A stretch of DNA of 60,577 bases, the filler included, from Jimgerdemannia flammicorona (Eukaryota), in NCBI GenBank assembly GCA_003990765.1. It is 3 parts of 3 records of this genome, joined end to end, with 100 filler letters (N's around TTAATTAATTAA, not from the genome) between each part and the next. Parts side by side here need not be neighbours in the genome. Positions count along the whole stretch, not along the records: positions 40,454 to 60,577 come from RBNJ01001755.1; 2 more parts are not named here. One strand, given 5' to 3'. Of this stretch, positions 50,852 to 60,577 are shown piece by piece. The notes beneath the pieces are model-generated. The model saw only the letters and a program-made list of their open reading frames with translations. It made no database searches and had not been told where the DNA came from. Position 1 is the stretch's first letter; every line of letters starts with the position of its first letter. The position numbers and the translations under genes are program-made.

Positions 50852-53800
50852 TCCTGGATGGACAAGGCACTATAGGCACTGAAGTCTGTCCCAGACTTTA
50901 TAAGCTTTGGGAGAACTGTGAAGAGTTGGTTTCTGCCATCCTGAAAGCATTGGCATGCTTTATTTTGTCTTAAACATGGGTTTATCTATGTGAATTTCCT
51001 TCTGTCTAAGACATATATGTATGAGACATTTAATGTAAAATATGGTAATAAAAGAATGTCTCAACTCCCATAGAGTCTCTTAGCCCAGAAAGCTTGGTAT
51101 ATGAGCCAGGAATACCGAAAGGGAAATATAGGAAAAACCCGGCTAGTGAAGTATAGCTGAAAATAGAAAAATGAAATATACCTAAAGAAAAATGAAAGAA
51201 GGGTTGGAAATGGATGGGAAATCAACTCTTTATAGTCCTTCCAAAGCTTGTAAAGTCTGGGACAGACTTTGGTGCCTATGGTGCCTTGTCTATCCAGAAC
51301 TAAGTATCACTTTGTTCTGGACCATTTCAGAGTTTGTTGTTTGTAGATCTGATATGAGTGGAGCATCTGACTGGGGGTATACTGACAGCCATAACTTTAC
51401 TCTTACATTTAAGAACCATGTAAATAAGAGAAGTGGCCCAAGCAGATTGTGAAAGGACTGGTATCCAGTATAGTAGATGATAGTGATGTTCAAATGTAGT
51501 TTTGGAACTCCAATTACTGCTCTCAAGGACTTTGTCAATGGGTGTCTCCTTCTAGGGCTTCAGTGGAGGATTCAACCTAAACAGAGTGAGGGCAATGAAC
51601 CAAATTGATGCCCATGGCTGCCATGCATTCAGAAAACCAATTTCGAAGGTGGTCAGATGTAAGGTTGCGATGGAGAGAGTGCATACTGATGAACAGGTGG
51701 TTGCTGTTTGTCCATGGGTGGAGGGAATCCAGCTCACATGCCCAGCCGAAAACCCAGTATATAGAACACATATTCTTGTCCTCCAAGAGGACTGAAATGG
51801 GACAGGAGATCATGATGGTAACATTGGGGGTATATTCCTTCATCATGTCAGCAGTCAGGACCATTTTGGCAGGCCAATCACTGATGCTACTACAAAAACT
51901 GATGGTTGCCCAGTATTTTGCAAAATTGCTTGCCACCCACCAGAAGGTATATAGGGCAAGAAGAGCATGTGTTTTCTTACCACAGAGTATTCATCACTGG
52001 ATAGAGTTGTAGGGGCCCAGGGAAGCTAGCCACTGAATAAGGGTAGTGACATCCCATTGGGGGCCTTGTCTTTTGAAGGAGGGGGTCGAAGATTCATAGT
52101 ACCTCAGATCAGATGGGAGATGGTTGGAAGGTTGGAGAAATGGACACCATTCATCATGAGGGTCCACCAGCCAATGGTGGTATGGACACTCCAAAGCTGA
52201 AGTTTACTCATCTCTTCCTTAAAAAGCTGAGCTAAGCAGTTAGTGCATTGCTCAGTAGAAGCTTATAAGAGATTGATATGTTGTTGATGATACCAACAGA
52301 CAAAGTGTTGGTATGCTGACTTATAGTTCTTGTGTAAGAATGTTTGTATGCTGGCCCAGATGAGTTTGCAAGCCTATGGCACCAGTGCTGTGGTATCAGA
52401 GGATCACCACTAATTTACCATGTCAGGGCATCCTAGTGCCTCATCTATATCATCATTGTCATCATCATTATTATTAGGAGATGATAAGGAAGGAGAATGG
52501 GGGGAGTAGTTGCCATTTCCAGAAGTTCAGACCACCAGCTCTGTCATTGCCAAAATGGCATAATGAGGACTAGGCAAGCACACCTATTCTCCTTGACCTT
52601 GCACAGTGTATAGTTTAGGAGGATCCATAGTGAGTTTATATAAGCACCAGAGGTTGGCCATTGATGTTGGAAAGCATTGGTGCCCAGGGCCTTGCAGTCT
52701 GCTCACCAGCTGTAGAAGAGAGGGGTCTGGGTCATTGTCTATGACATGAAGAGGTCCAGGTATATGAGACCCCAATAGAGGAGATGATGGAATATCATCA
52801 GGTTGAGTTGTCATTCGTCTGGGCTGGGGTAGATGCAGCTCAGAAAATCGGTACACATGTTTTTGATCCTGGGGATGTATTCGGCAAAGAGATATATTCT
52901 CCTCATCATGCAGATATAGTGTATCTTGGCAGCAATCTTGTTCAGGTAGAGGAGAGAGCCCCTTTGCTTGTTGATGAAAGCCCTCATGGTCATGTTATTC
53001 ATCCGAATGAGGACTGTGCAGCCCTCCCAATGCCAGTTGTTGATCTAGAGCATGAACAGGACTGTCTTGAGTTTGTGGTAGTTGAGGGAGTGGCATCATT
53101 CCACAGGGGTCCAAGTGTATATCACTTGCTACATTGCTTGGCTGGCAGATATAGAAGCAGTGATTTCAAAGCCCCAACCTAGGTCACTGGCATCTATATC
53201 AACTGTGACCTCAGGGTGTTCAGTAGTAGGGACCAGCCATTCCAGTTGTGGTTGTTGGCATTGAGAGAGTCCTGGATGTCCCGAATGGGGGACCATACTC
53301 AAAACTGGGCCAGAAAGATTACCTGTGCTGTAGAGTTACAAAGACCAACCAGTGATGCCACCTTGCATGGAGATTACAGTTGGCAGGCAGAGGAGGGATG
53401 CAGTTTCCTTGTGGATCTTGCATACCTTGATCTTGGGTAAGTAGAGTTCCATGTTAATGATATCGATCAGGAACCCCAGGAATGTCTGTTGCTGCATGAG
53501 TTCTCATATGTATTTCGTTAGGTATAGAAGAAAGCCCAATATCTCCAGATGGTCATGAATGATCCTTCTGTATCAGAGCACTTTGTCTCTCATAGAGGCC
53601 AGGAGATATATATCATCAATGTAATAGATGAGCTGGATGCCCCTTGCTTGGAGAGGCTCCAGAACTGCTACCATCATCTTTGTCCAGATGTATGGGGCAG
53701 ATGACAGGCCAAACAGTATAGCAGAATTTCCAGTTGATCTTCTACCACTGAAAGGCAAGGAACTGTTGATCAGCTAGATATAAGGAAATGTATAGGTAGG

Positions 53801-55600
53801 TGTCCTTTATGTTGATCTTGATGAGGTGGTTGCTGGGCTGGACCATATGGCATAGGGTCTGGATACCTTCTATCTTGAAGTGCAATTGCCTCATAAACTC
53901 ATTCAGTGATTGGGCATTGAGGCAGGCTTGGTTCTTGTCAACCTGGGGGATTGTGAAGATGTTGGAGAAGAAGAGTGACTCTCCATCCTAGGCAGGGTAG
54001 ATGGTCTCCTTGTCCTGGAACTCAGCAAAGGTGGCATCTATCAGGGTCTTCTCCATCACTGACATACCCTTCTCATAGGAGAACCTGGGTTCAGTATGGA
54101 GTGGGGTTGGGAGTTGTAACCATTCAATGTGGTTCTTACCATGAGCTATATTGATGGCCCAGCAGTCAACACCCAGGGTCATCCAAATGGTCTTGGGGAC
54201 CTGAGCTAACCATACCCCCATCTTTGAGATGACATTTGAGGTCTTAGGGGCAATAGTATGGTAGATCAATTGGTCCTTCAGAGTTGAGCAGCAGGTGTTG
54301 ATGCACTGTTACCCAGATTCAGAGCTCTGTACTGGGAACCTCCTCAGCTGTATATATACAGAGTACAGTTCTGGGAGCTCTATTGTTGAGAATTTCAGTA
54401 GTCAGGGCAGTGGCTGCCCTGGGACCCATTTCTCTGGCCATGACCATCAGGGCTACAGGATGAGGTTGGATTACCTCTTGGTTTGAAGGTTGCCTTGACC
54501 ATGAGGAGGTGCTTATGGTGTTTGGCATTATCATAAAAATGGTGGGTGAATTCAGTATCAAACAGGTTGCTATCATACTTGAAGCTAGAAGCCACTGTAT
54601 AGCAGGCAAAGATGAGGGCAGGTGACCATCCCATGGATTTGGCAAGTTCAATGCAGTGGTGGATATGGATATTCCACTTCATGGAATCTGATCTGGAGAG
54701 AGTCTTGCAGTTTTTCCACTAAAGGGGGAATGACAGCTTTAAGGACCAGCTCATAGTGGTGGAGATCAGCTCCATCAGAGTGAGGTTCAAGGGCCTGGAG
54801 AGTGATGGATGGGCCGGAGGGTGTTGTAGATTGCTCATTGGGTATCAGCAAGAACCTTGTCTGCTTCTTTGGCAGATTTGCTGAAATTGTCCATGAATGC
54901 TTCATCAATAGAGGTGGTGCAGAGAACACCCCATTTGGGTTCAGGGTTTTGATAGAGAAGTTTCTTGAAACTGGTAGAGGAGAGGTGTGCTTTGACACAT
55001 TCTGGTGAAATGGTGTCAGTGAATGTGGGGGATATGTAATATCTCCTGATGGCCTAAGACTTGGCTGCTGTGAGGAATTCATCATCACTGCTGTCAGCAT
55101 CATTGTAGAGGTCCATACTATTGGGATTCCCATTGAGTCCAAGGACTGTAAGGACAGAACATTGGGAATACTGAAGGAAAAGAGCGCCAATGAGGTGTTA
55201 TTGGTCATACCAGTTTGTGATCTCTGGATCTAGTGGAGGAGAGCAGAGGCTGACTGTGACAGCCTCAGTGATCTGACAAAGGAACTTGGTGTGCTTGGCC
55301 AGAGTGACCTGTTGTTGTAAAAGGAATTATTCATTGCTCATATTAATATGAAAAGAAAAGATTCTGTAGATCATGAGAAGAGGTAAACTGCCAAGCTTTC
55401 AAAATGGCTAAGAGACTTCATGGAAGTTGAGATATTCTTTTATTACTATGTTTTACATGAAATATCTCATATATATATGTTTTAGACAAAAGGAAATTTG
55501 CATAGATAAACCCATGTTTAAGATAAAATAAAGCATGCCAACACTTTCAGGATGGCAGAAACCAACTCTGAAATAGTCCAGAATAAAGCAATACTTAGTC
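50852..55600 (-). mobile_element. DIRS1-like tyrosine-recombinase retrotransposon (gag-like ORF, RT/RNase H, methyltransferase-like domain, YR), with ITRs and ICR
   Basis: Inverted repeats ~50922-51097 and ~55391-55569. ICR ~51222-51333 is complementary to both termini. RT LFGLSSAPYIWTK...YIDD (53573..53758); RNase H DNM-like and YIPRIKNMCTDFLS; MT-like LDLFMS...NAFQHQW...YINSLW ~52500-52780; YR CPI...HSV ~51480-51950. Confidence 0.93.
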
Positions 55601-57807
55601 ATCATAGGACATCTGGTGTCTTTTCTCAACCAAACATATTGAGAAGTTTATAAATTAAACTTATCAGAAAATGGCACAAGGTCCCAGAAGAAAGGAAATG
55701 CCCCTCTGTGACCCAGGAGACAGTATAGCCTTCCACCAACATTGGAGAAGAATTGACACCCCAGCAATGGCAACAACTAGTAGAACTCCTTAAAAAATAT
55801 CCATACAATCTACTATACATATCACAACAGTATAAATACAGAAAATACAACACCTATCTGGCAGAAACCCTAAAGAATTCCCCATTACTTAAAGATATTC
55901 AAAAAGTAGTACATTCAAGAACTCTTAGGCAATAGAGTCATTTAATCCTCAATCAGCCCTTGCGCCAGCTTTATACTTATTATATCAAAGAAAGAAGGAT
56001 GGAGACTCTGCATAGATTATAGAAAACTCAATTCAGTCACTAAAAAGGATACCTATCCTTTATCTAGAATCAATGACCTCTTGGACCAGTTATAAGATAT
56101 CAGATACTTCAGCAGTATAGACCTTTTCACAGGATCATAGGATTCCCATGGATCCAAAAGACATTTAGAAGACAGCCTTCCTTGCTCTAGGAAAACTGTT
56201 TGAATACCTCCAAATACCCTTTGAACTTTGCAATATACCCCCCACATTCCAGAGGATGATAAATTCAGTTTATGTCCCCTTGATCCACCACTACCTGATT
56301 GTATAAATGGATGATTCCAACATCTATTCAGCAAATTTTAAGAATTATCTGCATCATCTAGAAGAATTCTTCAAGCTCACCCACAAGAACCACCTGAGAC
56401 TCAATGCTAATAAATGCTATTTCAGGAAACATAATCTTAAATTCCTTTGATTTATATATAGTTTTGAAAGAAGAAATCTATGCAGATCCAAAGAAAACCA
56501 AGAAAATCAAAAATTAGCCAGTATCCAAGATCCCAAAGAAAACACTATCATTCCTGATGCTAGTATCCAACTACAGAATATTTATTAAGGACTTTGCCTA
56601 AATTACTACCCCATTCCAAGTTCTTCTCAAGAAAGAAGTACCTTATAAATAGACAGAATTATAAGAGAAAGCCTTCAAAGAACTCAAGAACTATATGATT
56701 ATAGCACCAATTCTTGTATTCTCCAATCTATAAAAGTCATTCATTTTGTACACAGATACCTCCAAAGATGGCCTAGGAGCAATTCTAGCCTAAGAAAGAC
56801 CTGACCAATAATCATATGATAGCTTATACAAGCTGAGCTACCAATCAGCAGCAGATGAACTATAGTAACACCTAATTAGAATATCTTGTAGTCATATGGG
56901 TAGTCACTCTATTTAAGTATTACCATATTGGAAAAAGGTTCACTCTGATCACAGACCATACAGCCCTTAAATGACTATTCAACTACAAGAAACCTACAAG
57001 AATTCTAGGCCACTGGATCCTTATCCTTCAGGATTACAAAATCACCATCATCTACAAAGTAGAGAAAGCTCACAATAATGTTGATATACTTTCCCACCAG
57101 TCCCAATAAACCAGAAGAAGGGTGTTCTGAGGAACTATACCCTCAAGGAAGCTCCTTAGACCATCAAGGCATAAGAAGATCTCGTTCAAAAAGAATATCA
57201 GAAAGCCCACCAAGAATAGGCAAACATAGAAGAAAAGCTGTAAATAATATACAAACATTGGCCCAACCTTAGAACTTAAGTCCAAGATATACTCAAGAAA
57301 TGTGATACCTGCTAGAAGTATTAAGAAAGAAAGAACCATCAAGCACCATTACAACCAATTATACCACCAGACAATATCCTTTGAAGATAGGGAGTAGATG
57401 TAATTGAACCCCTACCAGTTATACTAAGAAGAAATAAGTATATTCTTATATTTGTTGAATATCTGACCAAGTGGCTGGAGGCTTTCCAAATAGAAATCAC
57501 AGATACCTTAACCATTATAGGCCTTCTCTATAGACTCACACTCAGATATGGACTCTCAGAAGAACTCATCTCTGACTGAGGCACGGAATTCATTAATATA
57601 TAATCAATAGTTATATCTGAATCTATAAGATTTATCTTGAACAGACAATATTATACTATCTCCAGACCAATGGCATAACAGAAAGAATGAACCAGACCAT
57701 CAAGAAAGAACTTGCTCAAGTCAATCTTACCAACTGAGATCTCTGCTTACCTAAGATCCTATGGGAAATTCAGAATACCCCTGTTGCCTCCATGAAACAA
57801 AAGTCAT

Positions 57808-60577
57808 TCGGAAATTGGTAGCTCTCTTAGGGAGATGGGTGGGGGTGCTAGAGGATTGGGAGGTGGCCAACTGGTATATTTTGCAGATTTAAAAGAAAGT
57901 TGAGGAGCTTAAGGAAGTGATATGAATGGAGGAAGAGGTTAAGCTAAAGGGGATAGTGGTGAGGTTGTAGTGACAAGGGCTGGAGGAGGGAGAGTAACCC
58001 ACTAGGTTTTTATCATTGTTGCTCCAAGTGTAGAGAACTTGACAGAGATGGGATGGCATCTTAGATGAGGATGGTGAGATGGTGGTGGGGACTCCCATGA
58101 TTCTGGGATTGTGGAGGACTTACTGAGAGAACTTATGGAGTAAGGAGAAAGGGAGTAAGGATGCCCTGAATATTGAGCATTAATTGGAGGATTGGCATCT
58201 AGATCCTGCATTGGGTCTGGAGATGCTGGGGGTTCCAGTGAGGGGGGAGGAAGTGTGTATAGTCTTGGCTACAACAAGCAAGAGGACTGCTCAGAGAGAG
58301 GATGGATTGCCCTGGGATTTTTGGAAGAAGATAGCTGAGGTGGAGGTGGCTCTGGAGGAAATGGTAATGATGTATGATGAGGTGCTTCACTCCAGAGCTT
58401 GGATTGGGGACCAGAATCTAGGGCTGGTCTCCTTGCTCTATAAGAATAAGGGAAGAAGGGAAGATTGGAAGAACTGGCAGCCAATTGTACTTCTTAATAT
58501 AGACTGTAAGTTGGTGACAAAGATCTTAGTAATTAGGCTGAAGAGGATTGCTCAGCAGACACTAGGAGTAGAACAGAGGGGATTTGTTAGTGGTCAGTTG
58601 ATCCAAGATCGTACAGCCTGGGTCCATGGGGTGATTGAAGGGGCCAGGGCTGCTGGGGTGGATGGTTGGCTCATATTCCTGGATCAGGAGAAGGTATAGG
58701 ACAGGGTAAGGAGAGTATGGCTAGAGGGAGTGTTGAAATGAGTTGGGGTTTTCAGTCTATTGGAGGGCAGTCATACCGCTCTCATGGTGAATGGACACAG
58801 GAGTGAGACCTTTCTGCTAGAATATGGGGTACCACAAGGGGACCCTTTGTTATCCATCCTTTATGCCCTTTCCTTGGAGTCCCTATTAGATAGGATCTGG
58901 TATCAAATTGGGGGTTTGGACATTTTGGGGATTAACTGGAAGGTGGGGGCATTTACCAATGACATGGTGGTTGGACTGGGTTCTTTGGAGGATGTGGAGA
59001 AACTGAGGAGGACTGTGGAATGATATAAGAGAGGCTTGGGTGCTCAGCTCAATTGGCACAAGTGTGAGACTCTGGTGTTAGGCAATGGCATTGTTGGTGG
59101 TTATGTGATTGAGACAGTGGTTCCAGCAGAAGAACTGGTCTAATACTTGGGGATATACTTTTCAGTATATGGATCCCTTCTGCCCCATAAGTGGTGGGAA
59201 AGATAGTTACTTGTATAGGAGAATGAGCTTATGCAGTAGGATAGTTAGTATATATCTCTGGCAGTGAGGGTAATGGTGCTGAATATATATTGGCTGTCTA
59301 AGTTGTAGTATGTTGGGTACCATTTGGACTTTCCAGCATGAGTGGTCTGATAATTTCCGAAGATGGTGAGGTCATGAATCTAGGCTGAGCAGTAAAGTCA
59401 GATAGGTTGGAAGGTTCTCACTCTGCCTGTTGAACAAGGGGGGCTGGGCTTGGTGGATTTTACCAAGTACCTTCATTATCTGTGAGCATGGTGGCTGAAG
59501 AGAGCAAGTGAGCTGCAGGGCTGGGAGTGAGGACTGCTTATGTTGAGGATGTGAGAAGTCTGATATTCCCCCAGAGGGGCATCAGGAGATCTGCTAGCAA
59601 TAGTGGCCATAGATAGCAGTAGGAGGATACATTACATGGGCTTTTGGTGAAGAGCAGTAAATGGTGCAAGAAGTATTGGGCTTCAGTGGTAGAGTGAGGA
59701 GAGAGAGGAGGACTGGGGCCCACAGATGTGGTGATGGGATAGGTTATTACTGAGTAGTATATTGGTGGAGGACTTTCAGCTTGGTGATAGTATAGAATGT
59801 CTGTGGGGGCTCAGTGGAGACTTGTGGTCAGAAGTATGGCAATGGGTGGGGATAGGTAAGGAGTGGAACTATGTAGAATGGTATCTGGTCTTGAAGTAAG
59901 CAGGTGAAGAAGTGACTTCCCTCCAAGGTCTGGATGGTCTGGTGGAGGTTCCTAAGGCAGAATGAGATGCTGAACTACCAGTCAGGGCACTTGGTGGCTG
60001 GGGGTATATTGGAATATGAGAAATGTATGGACATTAATCAGGAGGGGAGAGTGGTACAAATGCCTGAACATTGGCTAGGAGAGTGTGAAGTCTTGGGGAA
60101 TTCTGATATAGTATTATATATAGGTTGGGTTTGTGGCCCCTAGTGGGGAGAGAAGGAGAGAGGTGGGGGGACCTTCGACATTAGTTGGAGGGTGGGGTTG
60201 GGGATGAATAGTTGACTTTGGGGTGGACTCTGGCAATTTGGATTAGGATGGCCAGTCATTGACTTCATTTCTTTGAGGAGAGCCAGTAGGTTGAGGTTGG
60301 GACTAGGGTAGCATATTGGGAATGGCTGTTACTCAACATTTTGAATGATTTGTAGAGAGGGTGGAGACTGAGTAGAGGGAGTCATCAGAAATTGGTGAGT
60401 TGTATCTATAGAAAGAGTGGGGATAGAGTCAGAGTGGTGGGTAGCTGAGTTGTTCTTTAGCAGGGTAAGAGGGGAAGTAGGGAGAGAAATCTGCAGAGCA
60501 TTGCCTGAAGGAGTGTGGGTACTTATGTATTATTATATATAGACAGAATGATAATAAATGGCAGTCCAAGTGATTAA
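57808..60577 (+). mobile_element. 5'-truncated LINE (more divergent subfamily), RT to 3' end
   Basis: EDGLPWDFWKK, NWQPIVLLN, GVPQGDPL, GAFTND, EHWLGECE. Ends AATAAA...CCAAGTGATTAA like the other LINE 3' ends. Confidence 0.92.

Larger units (their letters stand above)
45292..57800 (+). mobile_element. Decayed Ty3/Gypsy family 3 element (LTR 45292-46463, PBS, gag, protease, insert, dUTPase, [DIRS insertion], RT, RNase H, integrase; 3' end cut by a LINE)
   Basis: PBS ~46466-46482; gag MATLLPTFVGYPEGDPREFF from 47027; knuckle FYCGQFRHYTTEC ~47883; KILIDTG ~48555; dUTPase 50225-50570; [22 protein letters not shown] ~56000-56065; YTDTSKDGLGAIL ~56750; QTNGITERMN ~57665. Confidence 0.92.

Overview
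Eukaryotic, fungal-looking DNA: short GT-AG introns, CpG-rich genes and CpG-depleted transposons. An early-diverging (Mucoromycota-like) origin is my inference only. The window is three separate ~20.1 kb contigs (1-20127, 20228-40353, 40454-60577) joined by artificial N44-TTAATTAATTAA-N44 spacers. Most of it is nested, decayed retroelements: (i) L1/Tx1-like LINEs, one full-length with a 17-bp TSD; (ii) three distinct Ty3/Gypsy families, each with a dUTPase between protease and RT; (iii) a structurally complete DIRS tyrosine-recombinase retrotransposon (ITRs plus ICR) inserted in a Gypsy; (iv) a Copia gag remnant and a chromovirus-like integrase remnant. Contig 2 also carries host genes: a GID4/Vid24-like gene, two tandem NmrA-like genes, and an exon-per-repeat RNI-like LRR remnant. 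The most notable finding is an ~280-codon sense ORF of unknown function inside the U3 of the LTRs of the complete Gypsy (24906-33669). A clear protein-level homolog sits in the LTR of a different Gypsy family (9649-10507), suggesting a conserved LTR-encoded accessory gene in dUTPase-bearing fungal Gypsy elements. Coordinates were read by eye; boundaries of decayed elements are approximate.
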